A DNA stretch of 42,530 nt from a virus. Its lineage: Duplodnaviria; Caudoviricetes. Position numbers and translations under genes: made by a program. The DNA lies in the IMG/VR virus record IMGVR_UViG_3300048865_000013, positions 1 to 42,530 of that record; one strand, written 5' to 3'. Under the pieces are notes generated by a model. The model did no database searches. It saw only the letters and a list, made by a program, of their open reading frames with translations, and was not told the origin of the DNA. This document shows positions 7,149-17,550 of the stretch, piece after piece; position 1 is the first letter of the stretch, and each line of letters opens with the position of its first letter.

Positions 7149-7820
7149 TTATAAACCGGAGAAATCGAGCACCAGATATGCACCGTAGTCTGATCCACCG
7201 TCTACACCGTTGTATTGCATGCCGGTGTATGGCCCGATCACGTCGATGTTTCCGTATGTCGTTCTAACGATTCCACCAGATGCGCTCGCGAACATGGAGT
7301 CGTACACGTAAGTCCATTGATCCGTCGTCCCCTGGCCGAGCGGAGCTTCTCTCGCGACCCATATGCGCCGTCCCTGCGCAACAGCCACACGCCTACCATA
7401 GTTGTTGTTGAGGCCACTGATGTTAGGTCCCTGAATGAAATCGAGGATCCGCATATACGGCATCAGCGCGTCAAACACCAGCGCTCCGCTGGCGTCAAAA
7501 ACCTGCAACCCGAATTGACTGATAGCTGGGGGAGAGACCCTGAACACAACGATGGTGATGGCGCCCGCCGATCCGAGTTTGAAGAACCGGTAGCGCACAG
7601 TATTCCCACTGACCGATACCACGGAATGACATGCGTAGTCCGAGTCGACGTAAGCAATGAATGCATCGACCCCATATGCGAGGTCCACGTCGGTGTAGTA
7701 CGCATTCCGCGTCGGCGTGGTGCAATTGATTGTTCGCGTCTCGTAGAGAAGGTAATTTTTGTAGTCCTGATCAATCTGAACAAAGTTGTTCTGATTGATC
7801 GCCTGGAAGCCGGCCGTCAT
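7149..7820 (-). CDS. Tail-tip accessory / receptor-binding-associated protein downstream of J
   Basis: MTAGFQAIN...QIDQDY, FGLQVFDASGALVFD repeat motif typical of post-J genes. Confidence 0.7.
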   Translation of the reverse strand: MTAGFQAINQNNFVQIDQDYKNYLLYETRTINCTTPTRNAYYTDVDLAYGVDAFIAYVDSDYACHSVVSVSGNTVRYRFFKLGSAGAITIVVFRVSPPAISQFGLQVFDASGALVFDALMPYMRILDFIQGPNISGLNNNYGRRVAVAQGRRIWVAREAPLGQGTTDQWTYVYDSMFASASGGIVRTTYGNIDVIGPYTGMQYNGVDGGSDYGAYLVLDFSGL

Positions 7821-8113
7821 CAGTAGACCCCATAGCTTATGTAGATCGGCATCCTCATGTTCACTGGAAGCCCGCCAAAGCTCCACGACAGCGTGGTCCC
7901 CGTGATTGAGACAGACGGCTCTACCCGACCAGTGTTCGAGCCGCTGCCATTCGGCGTGACTAGGAACCACGGCGTTCCAAGGGACAATGCGGGAGCCACG
8001 ATGGCGCCGTCATTGGAGCCGGTGAATTGAGTCCCGATATAGCGCGTGATGCGATCCGTGATGCTGAGTCGCAGTGCCCCGGACTCGTTGAATACTTCAA
8101 CCCCGGCCCGCAT
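7820..8113 (-). CDS. Small tail-tip accessory protein
   Basis: GVEVFNESG motif, YGVY C-terminus; coupled to J. Confidence 0.7.
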   Translation of the reverse strand: MRAGVEVFNESGALRLSITDRITRYIGTQFTGSNDGAIVAPALSLGTPWFLVTPNGSGSNTGRVEPSVSITGTTLSWSFGGLPVNMRMPIYISYGVY

Positions 8114-11100
8114 CACCAAATCCCCATTCGCACTCGAAGGGTCCCGTTACCGTCAAACACTCGGATCTGTGAATCCGTAATGGTCAAATATCCCGATCCC
8201 GCGCTCGGTCCAGTCATGGTGAGCGTTCCGCTCTTGTCGAGCCTCCACCTCGGCTGACCGTTCGCCCCAAGCGCATTCGATTGGATCACCTCGCCGATCA
8301 TCGCGTTGGTTATCCGGCCATCGCCAATGAAGGCCTGATTGATGAACGTCTGCCCGTTCTGGATGACGAACGGCGTGGAAATCTGACCGTTGATGAGGTT
8401 GAGCAGCGCGAACCGGTCGGCCTGGAACAGCACCTGCGACTGCACGACCCCGCTCTCGTTATCGATCCCGATCGCCATGCCGGCGCCGTAGTACTTCCCG
8501 TCCTGCGTGACGCCGACCTTGATGCTGTACGACGCGGAGATCTTCCCGTCCAGCGCCACCATGGCCTGCGCCGTGGTCTGCACCAATGCCGTATTGCCGT
8601 CGAGCGAGGCTTGAAGCGTGGTCTGCTGTGCGGCCAGCGCCATGTCGGCCTCCTGCATCAGCGACTGCACCGACACGATGCCGGCGAAGACGCCAGAATC
8701 GCCCGCGTAGTCGTCGATGCTCCCGGCGAACGGCGGATCGATGCGGCCGATCTTCGATACGAGGTCCTGCGCGAGCTGCGACTCGCCGATCTGTCCGGCA
8801 AGGTAGTCAAGGATCTCCGTGGCGTCGGAGCTTGCCTGCCCTACCACCCCGGTCTGTGTCCCCGGATACCAGGCTCCGATGTTCCCGGACTTGTCGACAA
8901 GGCGCGCCCAGAAATAGAGCGTCGCGCCGGCCGCCAGCCCCATGATGGTGTGGCTGTTCTGCGGGAAGGCGAAGTCCGCCATCTTGATCGCGTCGTCGCG
9001 GCTGTTCGTCTGGCTGTACCAGATCTCCGTCCGCTCCACGTCAAGAGGCCCCTCTGGGAATCCCCAATCCAGCCGAATCGCGAAGATCAGACCAGTGGCC
9101 ACCAGCGACGTCACCACCGGCGGCGGGCTGGTCTTGCCTTGCAGCACGGTCTCCGGCGAGTAGGCCGGGATCGACGGCACGTCGAGCGCGTTGATCGCCC
9201 GCACGCGCGCCACATAGGTGCCGGCGTAGACGCCACGCACCTCGAGGCTCTGCGAGCCCGTGCGGCCTGCCCTTACCCACTCGCTGTTGTCGCGGCGCCA
9301 TTCCACCTCGTACGCCACCGCCTTGTCTGCCGGCGTCCAGCTGATCACCATCGTCGTGACGGCAATACCCTGGTCGATGGTCGAATAGGTCGACAGCGCG
9401 ACGTTGGTGGCCGGCGGCTGTACCGACGGCGGGATGACCGTGATCGGCCGCGCCTCGATGCGGGTGCCGCTGTCAATCGCCGCGAACTTCTGCGGCTCGT
9501 ACTGCAGCGCCGTTATCTCGGCGTTGATGCCGCCGCTCTCCCGGATGGTCAGCACGCGGACGAGCTGCGTCTTGAGCTCGGCGCTCTCGACCGCCCACAC
9601 CGATTGCGGGCGCACCGGCTCACTCCACGGACCGGTCACGGTAACCGTGTTGCCGTTGACCGCGCCGATAGTGCGCGACTGGGCGGTGCCAGATGGCAGC
9701 GTGACGATCAGCGTGTCGCCCACGGCTACTTGGTCCGCCTTGTCCAGCGTCACGGTATTGCCGCTGGCCGAGCTGACCCGGCCACCGATGCGTCGGCCAG
9801 CGCGCGACGGATCGGCGATCCTGACGATGCTGCCCGGTTGCACCAGCGCCTGATCCATGCCGACCGTAAAGGTGACCGTCTCGGTCTCATAGCGGGACGT
9901 CAACAGGATCCACCTGCCCGCGCGCTGCGCCTGGCCCTGACTCGTGCAGCCGAAGGCCGTGATCTCGACCTCGCGGACGCCGTAGCGGGCGATACCCTCC
10001 TCGTCCGGTACGTATTCGACCTTGGCGCGACCGAAGTCCTTCGGGTCGTTCCAGCTGACCAGCGCAACGGTCTTGCGGGCCTTGCGGGCCGTGCCGGCGT
10101 ATCGAAACTTGCCGTCGGCAGTGTTGGCCGCGACGAAGGTGTGCACCGGGTCCTTGGGCATGTCGGCCACGGCAACGACGTTGCCGGCCGCCCAGTAGGC
10201 CATGCCGCGGAAGATCGACGCGATGTCCTGCAGTACCTTGTACGCTTCGGCGCGGGTCTGCAGATACAGGTTGCACGTGAACCTCGGCTCCTTGCCGCCC
10301 TTGCCGTCGTCCACCAGCTCGTCGCAGTACTGGCCGATCTGGTAGAGGCCCCACTTGTCGATCATCGCCGCATTGATGCGGTCGCCGAGGCCATACCGAG
10401 GGTGCAGCACTAGGTCGTAGAAGACCCACGCCGGATTGTCCGTCCATGCCACCTTGAACGTGCCGTCCCAGGTGCCGACGTAGGTGCGACTCTCTGGGTC
10501 GTAGTTGCTCGGTACCCGGATGACGCGGCCGTACGTGTCGTAGGCCCGGGTCGGTACCGAGTTGAACTGACGGGCATCGATCTGGATGCCCACGATGGCG
10601 CTGTTCGGATACCGCAGCTTGCCGTCGATGATCTCGGTGATCGATTCGACTATCGTGGTGTCCGCGATCGTGCCGCTGTTCGCGTTCGGCGTGATCCGGC
10701 GCACGCGCACTGTCCACCCCGACGTGGCGGGCGGCAGGTCAATCCGGTGGCTACGCTCGTACTTGTTGGTCGTCTTGCCGTCAAAGGCCGACGACAGGAC
10801 CTGCTGATAGCTGCCCCCGTTGATCGACAGATCGATGGCGTACTCGATCCGGTAGCCGGTGATGTCGCCGTTAGACGTGTTCGTCTTCGACAATGCCGGC
10901 ACGGACAGGCGGATGCGCACCGCCGACAACTGCGTGTTCGAGATCGCGCGCGTCCACGGCGTGCTGGAGGTCAGCGTGACACCTACGCCCGTCTCGCTCT
11001 CGGCGGCCGGAAATCCCGGGATGTAGTCCTGATCCTGCGTCCCGAGCCGGTAGTCCACCGACACATTCTGGAAGTTGAACGACCCATCCGGGTTCATGAG

Positions 11101-11283
11101 CGGCGTCTCGTTCAGATAGACGCTCTGCAGGCCGTTTACCAATCCCCGAATCTCGCCTTCGGAAATGAGGTCGAGCACCCGCGCGTAGGCGATCGAGTTC
11201 AGGCTGTCCGGGCTTTCGACGGGCGCACGACCACCCCCGCCGCCCTTCCCACCGCCGCCGTAGCCGATGATGTCTGCGCGCAT
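8113..11283 (-). CDS. Tail tip / host specificity protein J (central fibre)
   Basis: GGGKGGG N-terminus, ISEGEI.GL, WTDNPAW, EPRFTCN, FN3-like region, DUF1983-like C-terminus ending RVRMGIW. Confidence 0.95.
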   Translation of the reverse strand: MRADIIGYGGGGKGGGGGRAPVESPDSLNSIAYARVLDLISEGEIRGLVNGLQSVYLNETPLMNPDGSFNFQNVSVDYRLGTQDQDYIPGFPAAESETGVGVTLTSSTPWTRAISNTQLSAVRIRLSVPALSKTNTSNGDITGYRIEYAIDLSINGGSYQQVLSSAFDGKTTNKYERSHRIDLPPATSGWTVRVRRITPNANSGTIADTTIVESITEIIDGKLRYPNSAIVGIQIDARQFNSVPTRAYDTYGRVIRVPSNYDPESRTYVGTWDGTFKVAWTDNPAWVFYDLVLHPRYGLGDRINAAMIDKWGLYQIGQYCDELVDDGKGGKEPRFTCNLYLQTRAEAYKVLQDIASIFRGMAYWAAGNVVAVADMPKDPVHTFVAANTADGKFRYAGTARKARKTVALVSWNDPKDFGRAKVEYVPDEEGIARYGVREVEITAFGCTSQGQAQRAGRWILLTSRYETETVTFTVGMDQALVQPGSIVRIADPSRAGRRIGGRVSSASGNTVTLDKADQVAVGDTLIVTLPSGTAQSRTIGAVNGNTVTVTGPWSEPVRPQSVWAVESAELKTQLVRVLTIRESGGINAEITALQYEPQKFAAIDSGTRIEARPITVIPPSVQPPATNVALSTYSTIDQGIAVTTMVISWTPADKAVAYEVEWRRDNSEWVRAGRTGSQSLEVRGVYAGTYVARVRAINALDVPSIPAYSPETVLQGKTSPPPVVTSLVATGLIFAIRLDWGFPEGPLDVERTEIWYSQTNSRDDAIKMADFAFPQNSHTIMGLAAGATLYFWARLVDKSGNIGAWYPGTQTGVVGQASSDATEILDYLAGQIGESQLAQDLVSKIGRIDPPFAGSIDDYAGDSGVFAGIVSVQSLMQEADMALAAQQTTLQASLDGNTALVQTTAQAMVALDGKISASYSIKVGVTQDGKYYGAGMAIGIDNESGVVQSQVLFQADRFALLNLINGQISTPFVIQNGQTFINQAFIGDGRITNAMIGEVIQSNALGANGQPRWRLDKSGTLTMTGPSAGSGYLTITDSQIRVFDGNGTLRVRMGIW

Positions 11284-11296
11284 TGCTGTACCAATG

Positions 11297-11321
11297 AAAA
11301 AGCCCCGCACGCGGCGGGGCT
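11297..11321 (-). terminator. Intrinsic terminator between tail genes I and J
   Basis: AGCCCCGC/GCGGGGCT stem plus TTTT on the minus strand. Confidence 0.6.
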
Positions 11322-11346
11322 GGATGGGTGAAGCGGATGTATTAGG

Positions 11347-11952
11347 TCAGGCCTGATCCTCGGCGTAGATGCCGGCCGAGATGACGGAGCTGCCAACGGT
11401 CAAGCGCCCATAGAGCAGCGGCACGGGATTGCCCTGCGCCGAGGTATTAACCGGGCCATTGAAGCCGTAGCTCGCCTTGTTCTCCGGTCGATCACTGGCG
11501 GACAACCCACTAGGCTGCGGAGACATCATCTGGACGATCCCGCCCAGGGCCATCGAGGCCCCCATCATGGCAGTCGCACCGATAAGACCGTTGGACGTGA
11601 ATGCCGCGCCAAGACCGCCGGAATAGACGGTCGCTACCGCGATCAGCGCCACGCCCAAGATCGTCTGGAACAGCCCGCCACGCTTGGCACCCTGCAGGAC
11701 CGGTGCGATGCGGATGTCGTCGCGACCTGGGGGCAGCACAAGGTCATCCTTTCCGATGTTCTGCCTCCCTAAGAACACCGCGTAGCGCACGCCACGGCTC
11801 TTACTGGCGATCAGCTCCGCTTCGAAGCCGGGCACCATCACGCTCAGCGCACGGATCGCCTCCGCGGCGCTGGCCACCGCCAGGCGGTGGATGCGGCCGA
11901 AGCGAGTGCCAAGGTACCCGTATAGCCGTATCGTCCTGACCTTCTCTCTCAT
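11347..11952 (-). CDS. Tail assembly protein I (lambda-like)
   Basis: IRLYG.LG..FG, GLFQTILG, QGNPVPLLYG...VGS..ISAG. Confidence 0.92.
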   Translation of the reverse strand: MREKVRTIRLYGYLGTRFGRIHRLAVASAAEAIRALSVMVPGFEAELIASKSRGVRYAVFLGRQNIGKDDLVLPPGRDDIRIAPVLQGAKRGGLFQTILGVALIAVATVYSGGLGAAFTSNGLIGATAMMGASMALGGIVQMMSPQPSGLSASDRPENKASYGFNGPVNTSAQGNPVPLLYGRLTVGSSVISAGIYAEDQA

Positions 11953-12656
11953 CCTCGATACCTCAAGACACATCGGGTGATCTCTTGCCAGTAGCCGCCG
12001 TAGACGTCGCGGGATGACAACCGACCATGCAGGTGGTGGAGCATGGTGCCGTCACCCAGGTAGACGCCGGCGTGGTTTGGCACCGGCGAGCGCAGTTGCA
12101 TCAGGATGACGTCGCCGGCCTGCTCCGGCTGGTCCTGTATCTCCAGCGGAACGAATCCAGCCTCGGCGTAGTGCTGCATGTACAGGTCCTCGCCGTGCTG
12201 CCACCAGTCGTCCCGGCGCGGGAAGTCGGGCAGCGTGATGCCACGCTCGCGCTGATACCAGTCGCGCACGAGCGTGTAGCAGTCCAGCACCCCGTGCGCA
12301 AACTCACGGCCCACCAGCGGCGCCTGATAGCCGCTCGGCGTGATCGTGCGCAGGTCATCCGCCGGCCAGGATACGATATGCCATGGAAGGCCAGACGCCT
12401 CGCACGCGACGCGGTCAGCTTCGCTGGGCGTCGCTGGAGCGTCCGGATGGCTGTGCACGACCGCGATGACGTCGCCCATGTCCTCCGCGGCGGCGTAGTC
12501 CTCAGCCGGCAGCACGAAGTGCTCCGAGCCTTCGGCGACGTTCCGGCACGGCACATACCGCTCCCGCCCCTTCACCACCACGATCAAGCCGCAGGCTTCG
12601 CGCGGGTAGTCCGCTTGCGCGTGAGCACGCAAGGCGGCCAGCGTTGATGCTTCCAT
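11949..12656 (-). CDS. Tail assembly protein K (JAB + NlpC/P60)
   Basis: YPREACG, HSHP...PSEAD, DCYTLVRD, NHAGVY. Confidence 0.93.
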   Translation of the reverse strand: MEASTLAALRAHAQADYPREACGLIVVVKGRERYVPCRNVAEGSEHFVLPAEDYAAAEDMGDVIAVVHSHPDAPATPSEADRVACEASGLPWHIVSWPADDLRTITPSGYQAPLVGREFAHGVLDCYTLVRDWYQRERGITLPDFPRRDDWWQHGEDLYMQHYAEAGFVPLEIQDQPEQAGDVILMQLRSPVPNHAGVYLGDGTMLHHLHGRLSSRDVYGGYWQEITRCVLRYRG

Positions 12657-12657
12657 C

Positions 12658-13359
12658 TCAGCTCCGGATCAGATCGGCGGCAGGGAACGAACCGATGGGC
12701 AACGGATTGTTGTCGCCGAAGCGCTTCTTGCACGAGGTCAGGCGACCACCGCACCGATCGAGCGCCGGATCAGCGACCGGGTTGTCGTTCTGGTCGAAAT
12801 ACGCCGTGCCGGTGTAGCCACAATACGGTCCTCGGTAGCCGCCAATGGACAGCCAGCCGCAGACGTTCGCGACGATCTGACGCCGCGGCACCTGCACACC
12901 GTCGAAGTCGAGCGCGCTGGCCAGCTCCCACGTTACCGACACGTTGTCCTCGTCGGTCTTCTGCTCGAGGTACCAGACTTCCGGAGGAAGTTCTTCGGTC
13001 GGATCGGCAGTGGGATTGCCTCCCGGAAAGTTCGCCGCGTCCAGGTATTTGCCCAAGGTCACGTGCCGCGTCAGTTTGGCGCCCACCATGTCCTGCAGGT
13101 ACAGGCACATCGCCGTGATGGCGCCCGTCACGTTGCCGACGGAGAGGGTTGGCGTTGGCTGCTGCCCCTCGCCCGTCCGCGCGAAGCCGTCGCCCTGAAT
13201 CGGCCAGGGCGAGTACTCGTTGCCCTGCCACCAGATCGGGCCGACCTGCGTATGGCCATGAAAGCGCAGTAGGTCGCCGCCGATTCCCGTAGCGTCGAGC
13301 TCGAACAACTCCACCCGTTCGCCAAGCTCCAGCGTCTGGATGTCGTAGTTGATCTTCAC
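12658..13359 (-). CDS. Minor tail protein L
   Basis: GTG start; VELFELD, C.W...YRG..CGY, DRC...L..CKKRF Fe-S cysteines. Confidence 0.92.
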   Translation of the reverse strand: MKINYDIQTLELGERVELFELDATGIGGDLLRFHGHTQVGPIWWQGNEYSPWPIQGDGFARTGEGQQPTPTLSVGNVTGAITAMCLYLQDMVGAKLTRHVTLGKYLDAANFPGGNPTADPTEELPPEVWYLEQKTDEDNVSVTWELASALDFDGVQVPRRQIVANVCGWLSIGGYRGPYCGYTGTAYFDQNDNPVADPALDRCGGRLTSCKKRFGDNNPLPIGSFPAADLIRS

Positions 13360-13814
13360 GAGGGCAACTCCAAAGGCGGCAGGAGCGCGATGGCTTCCTC
13401 TACTGTCGGCATCGGCTTGGCCCCGGTCTGGATCTCCGCGAGGTAGGCATAGCCGGCCTGCCACACGAGGGATCGCCACTCGCGAAACGCGATTCCCTCG
13501 GCTTGAAACTTGGCCACCGCAGGCTCGTCGGCGTATGTGACGGCGCTGTTGATGCCGTCGTACCCAAGTTCTTGGGCCTTCCGGTCCATGTGCGACTGAA
13601 TTGCGGCACGAATCTCGGCCACCGTCGCAGGAACCGGTGCCGGTGCCGCTGGCGCAGTGAACGCACCATTCGCGTAGGAATAGCCGATGGCGACTGCTTG
13701 GTCGTCCGGGATGGGGATCAGTGTGCTGGCGATGTCCAGCGGCGCACCGCCATCCCACAGGACGACGTTTACCACTCGCCCATCCGCGACTTCAGCATAA
13801 CGATTGGTCATCAC
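13356..13814 (-). CDS. Putative tail fibre assembly/chaperone protein
   Basis: Follows the fibre gene; YA.V.DG.VVNV N-terminus and AQELGYD...EG.AF.EWRS.VW C-terminal domain. Confidence 0.65.
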   Translation of the reverse strand: MMTNRYAEVADGRVVNVVLWDGGAPLDIASTLIPIPDDQAVAIGYSYANGAFTAPAAPAPVPATVAEIRAAIQSHMDRKAQELGYDGINSAVTYADEPAVAKFQAEGIAFREWRSLVWQAGYAYLAEIQTGAKPMPTVEEAIALLPPLELPS

Positions 13815-14851
13815 GCGTACTCATAGACAATTGCAATGCCAGGACCACCCGGCTTCCCGGCCGCGCCGCCCCCCGCATTCGGACCTGCTACGCCGCCACC
13901 TCCGCCACCCCCTACGGTGGCCGGGTTACCGTCGTAGATTGAGCTTCCGTTGCCCAGCACCGAGGCACCGCCCTGTCCCGACACAGCCAAGTTTTGCGAG
14001 GCGATCGCGAAGCTGACGCCACCGGTATTTCCACATGCCGCGGCCAGCGCTACCCCGTTGTAGGTCGAGGCCAGGTCCGGATAGTTGTAGCCACCGCCTT
14101 GGCCGCCGCCGACCAGTGCGGCGCCGGTCGTCACGGGACCGGTAGCGCCGCCGCTTCCACCGGCCGCAATCAGCGTGCCGCCAAAGGTGGTAGACCCACC
14201 GGCAAAGCCGTTGCCGTTCGTTTGTCCACCCCCGGCGGCGCCAACGACAACAGCCTTACCTGCGAAGTTCTTCCGCAATAGGAGGCGAACATAACCTCCC
14301 GCTCCGCCACCACCTGCCGCGCCGAATTGCGACCCGTTCGTCGGAGGCGAGCCTGCACCGCCCCCGCCGCCCCCGACCATCTCCAGGACCACGAATCCCG
14401 TTCCTGGCGTTGGTGTGTAAGTCGCGCTTGAGGTGAAAACCCTCACATCGAGAAGCTGACCGACCGCGCTGACGACATTCACGCCATCCGAGGCCAGTAG
14501 TTGAGTGATCCCTTGCGGGATAACCACACCTGCACCGGCAGCGGTCTTGAAGGTAACCGAGAAGTTTCCGGACGTAGCGTTTCGCACAGTCCACGTCATC
14601 GCAGGCGCTGCCGGCACGGTGACGATCTTGTTGCCCGTGATGGCCCCCGTCAGATCGATGAAGCCATTGAGCGCTTCTGCGGCGGACAGCGCGACCGTAC
14701 CCGCACCGCCTGCGATGCTTTTGGTCAGCTTCCCCTGCTCGCGAAGATATAGCTCATCGAAGTTCGCATTGACCTTCGTGAAGCCGGCACGAACGGTATC
14801 CCCATCGGTGCCGGCGGGCGGCGTGCCCATGTTAATGGTCTGCTTTGCCAT
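13811..14851 (-). CDS. Side tail fibre, glycine-rich C-terminal domain
   Basis: MAKQTIN.G...G.DGD..R..F.K.N.NF.ELY attachment motif; VFTSS.TYTP...GGGGGG Gly-rich domain. Confidence 0.8.
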   Translation of the reverse strand: MAKQTINMGTPPAGTDGDTVRAGFTKVNANFDELYLREQGKLTKSIAGGAGTVALSAAEALNGFIDLTGAITGNKIVTVPAAPAMTWTVRNATSGNFSVTFKTAAGAGVVIPQGITQLLASDGVNVVSAVGQLLDVRVFTSSATYTPTPGTGFVVLEMVGGGGGGAGSPPTNGSQFGAAGGGGAGGYVRLLLRKNFAGKAVVVGAAGGGQTNGNGFAGGSTTFGGTLIAAGGSGGATGPVTTGAALVGGGQGGGYNYPDLASTYNGVALAAACGNTGGVSFAIASQNLAVSGQGGASVLGNGSSIYDGNPATVGGGGGGGVAGPNAGGGAAGKPGGPGIAIVYEYA

Positions 14852-14855
14852 GGTG

Positions 14856-15194
14856 TCAGGGATGGAATGCCTGTTCGAACGTTACTGTCAGCGTGAAGAT
14901 GTCCGCGCCGATCGGCGTAAGGCTGTAAGAAGCCGCCTTGTACAAACCCTGCACGCCCATGGGCGGCGTCCAGTAGAAGGATCGGTATCCTGCGTGGGCG
15001 TCGAGGAAGGCTTTAATCGGAGCGATGTAGCCGCTCTTCCCAACGAACGAGAGCGGCCACGACTGCGACGCGTTATTCAGGCCGTCTCCAGCATCCTGAC
15101 GATACCCGTCGCCGAACTGAGCAGAAAGCACCCGGAACTCAGTGGTTCCCTGGGCGCCAATTCGGGGAACCCAAGCGAAGGTTTCCGTCGCCAT
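14856..15194 (-). CDS. Minor tail protein M (distal tail)
   Basis: ETF.W, AQFGDGY.Q...GLN, FLD.H.G..SF.WTPP. Confidence 0.92.
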   Translation of the reverse strand: MATETFAWVPRIGAQGTTEFRVLSAQFGDGYRQDAGDGLNNASQSWPLSFVGKSGYIAPIKAFLDAHAGYRSFYWTPPMGVQGLYKAASYSLTPIGADIFTLTVTFEQAFHP

Positions 15195-17233
15195 TACCGC
15201 TTTCCGTTGATCGCGTCGCGGATGACTCCGCCTTGACGCAACTGCTGATTGATCCGCGCGTCAACGGCGCGGTACAGGACGTCTATCGTCACCGTGCCGT
15301 CGTCAGACTGAGACTGCTGAACCTCAGTGCCTTGCGGCGCGTTGTGGAGGTTCACCACCACCTTGCCTCCGCCGCCACCGCCAAGCATGTGGTTCGGGAT
15401 CACAGTCGACGCCGACCGCGGCACGACCAGTTCCGGCCCCCGCTCGCCGGTCAGGTAGACCTTCCCCGGGTCCATTGGGCCGCCGCTCGCGCGCGCGCCG
15501 CCAAACAGGCCGCCAAGCCAGCTCAAGCCCTCACCGATCAGCCCGCTGCCAGAACCACCCTTGATGAGGCCGCCAAACAGCGAGCGGGCGATCTCTGATG
15601 CCGCGGCTTCGGCGGCCATCCGCTGCAGTGTCGTGGCGAACCCCTTCAGCATTCCATCGAGCCCTTCCTCGAATGGGTCGAAGAGGAAGTCGGCGAGCGC
15701 CGATTGAATCCCGCGCGCGGCGTTCTCGCTGAAGATGTCGAGCGCCGACGCCGTCTCGTCAGCCTTCAAGACGAGCTTGTCGAACTGATCCTGCGCTGCG
15801 AAAGTGCCGCGAGCGTAGGTATCCCAGTCGATAGCACCGGCGGCAAGCAGGTCATTGAGCCGCGAGTACTCCGCGTTCAGACGCTCGGCGGGACTCCGGG
15901 TCTCCTCGTATAGCTTGCGGCCTTCCTTCAGCAGATCCTGTCGCTCCTTCTCCGCGGCAATCTGGTCGCGCGTCATGTCGACCAGGGTCGCCGCAGCCAG
16001 AAGCTGCTGCTGCATGTCCTCAGTGACCACACCGAGCTGACCGGCCTTGATCTTGGCCAGCGTCTCCTCGGCGACGGTCAGGTCCTTCGTCGTGATCAGC
16101 TGAGCCTCGAGGGTCTTGAGGTAGCGCTCAGCTTCGCTCTGACGCTCAGCCGCGGCCTTCGCGCCTCGGCCCCCACCGCCTGTTGCGCCTGCTTGGTAGT
16201 TGAGCCGCGCCGGGGCCGGATTGGCGCGCCTATCGTTCTGGTCTGCACCACCCCCGAGCGCGAGCGCCTGGGTCTGTTGCACGGTCTTGAGGTAGGCCTC
16301 TTGCTTGCGCAGGAGCGCCTCTTGAGTATCGAGAATCGCCGTATTGTCGCTCTCGAACAATTGCTTCCACGCAGGCATAGCAGCATACTCAGCACGCTGC
16401 TTCGCAATTCCGTCCAACTGCTCACGGATCTCCTTTAGCCGCTTCCCGGGGTCCTCAGTTTCCTTCCCGCTCGATAGCAGCCACCCGGTAAAGGACGTCT
16501 TCTGGATGTTCTGCAGCGTCGTTGCCAGCGAATTCAGGCTCGGCAACAGGTCACCGAGGATCGACTGCCCAAGGTCCCGGACAGAGGTCTTCAGGCGACC
16601 CAGGTTGTCCTGGAAATTCGCTGCCTCCGCGGCTGCCTCCGCGGTGACCTTTGTGGCGTTGTCGACGTTATCGGCGAGGTCGTTGAGGAACGGTAGGAGC
16701 GCAGCTCCGGACTTACCGAACAAGTCCGTCACCAGCGCCGCCTTGGCCGCCCCATCTTCATAGTCCTGCAGCTTCTTCGCGATTTCCGTGAAGAGCTCGG
16801 ACGGGTCACGCAGGTTGCCGGCAACGTCCCGCGACGAAAGGCCGAGCGCGGCCAGCGCCTTCGCGGTCCGATTCGAATCGCTTTCGACCTCGGCCATCCC
16901 GCGCGCCAGACGCGTAATGGCGTCGTCGACCTGCCCCATGTCCTGGCTGAAGGTGAGCGCGACGCTTTGGATGCGGGACAGGCTTTCGACCGACGAGCCG
17001 GTCTTCTGCGCCATGTCATCGAGCTGCGCCAGCTGATCGACAGCGCTCATGGCCAGCGCACCTAGGGCGCCCGCCGCAAGCGTCAGGCCACCGACGACGG
17101 CCGCCCCGACTTTCGAAAAAGCGGCGTCAATCTCCTTGGCGCGCTTTTCCGCCAGTTTCGCGGAGCGATTGATGTCGGTGTCGAAGCTACCCGTCCGAGC
17201 GAGCAGGTCCACCACGATCGTGCCGATGCTCAT
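15194..17233 (-). CDS. Tape measure protein
   Basis: 679 aa, Ala/Leu-rich helical; C-terminal RASGGP.....YLTGERGPEL. Confidence 0.9.
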   Translation of the reverse strand: MSIGTIVVDLLARTGSFDTDINRSAKLAEKRAKEIDAAFSKVGAAVVGGLTLAAGALGALAMSAVDQLAQLDDMAQKTGSSVESLSRIQSVALTFSQDMGQVDDAITRLARGMAEVESDSNRTAKALAALGLSSRDVAGNLRDPSELFTEIAKKLQDYEDGAAKAALVTDLFGKSGAALLPFLNDLADNVDNATKVTAEAAAEAANFQDNLGRLKTSVRDLGQSILGDLLPSLNSLATTLQNIQKTSFTGWLLSSGKETEDPGKRLKEIREQLDGIAKQRAEYAAMPAWKQLFESDNTAILDTQEALLRKQEAYLKTVQQTQALALGGGADQNDRRANPAPARLNYQAGATGGGGRGAKAAAERQSEAERYLKTLEAQLITTKDLTVAEETLAKIKAGQLGVVTEDMQQQLLAAATLVDMTRDQIAAEKERQDLLKEGRKLYEETRSPAERLNAEYSRLNDLLAAGAIDWDTYARGTFAAQDQFDKLVLKADETASALDIFSENAARGIQSALADFLFDPFEEGLDGMLKGFATTLQRMAAEAAASEIARSLFGGLIKGGSGSGLIGEGLSWLGGLFGGARASGGPMDPGKVYLTGERGPELVVPRSASTVIPNHMLGGGGGGKVVVNLHNAPQGTEVQQSQSDDGTVTIDVLYRAVDARINQQLRQGGVIRDAINGKR

Positions 17234-17550
17234 ACCCTTACCCCTGCTGCCCGCAGCAGATCACGATCCGCATTGGTGTGCTTGTCCTCGCGCTCGTCCA
17301 TTGGCTGGAGCCACTGAAGACGTGCCTTCATGCCCTCATCGCCACCACCGCCCAGCGAACCGGCGACCAGCGCAGCGGGCCGGTGGAACCGATTGAAGTC
17401 ATCGAATGGCCATCGGCGGTAAAACTCGGCCCACGCCAGGAATTCGGCCTGGCTCATGGTCTTCTTCCACTCCGCAACGGTCCGGCCGCCGAGCGCCAAG
17501 GCGATGGTGTGCCAGAGCCAGTCCTCGCTGTGGGCCTCTATGCGTTTCCC
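17230..17550 (-). CDS. Tail assembly chaperone frameshift extension (gpT part of gpGT)
   Basis: The -1 frame from the GGGAAAC slippery site (17544-17550) reads GKRIEAHSEDWLWHTIALALGGRTVAEW... to 17230. Confidence 0.8.
   Translation of the reverse strand, partial: GKRIEAHSEDWLWHTIALALGGRTVAEWKKTMSQAEFLAWAEFYRRWPFDDFNRFHRPAALVAGSLGGGGDEGMKARLQWLQPMDEREDKHTNADRDLLRAAGVRV

Noticed and set aside
8281-10413. 710-aa plus-strand ORF
   Set aside because: Antisense shadow of tail protein J caused by high-GC codon bias; no protein-like motifs.
7149-14851. Possible diversity-generating retroelement or invertible tail-fibre switch
   Set aside because: No reverse transcriptase or invertase gene, and no duplicated TR/VR or inverted fibre segments seen.
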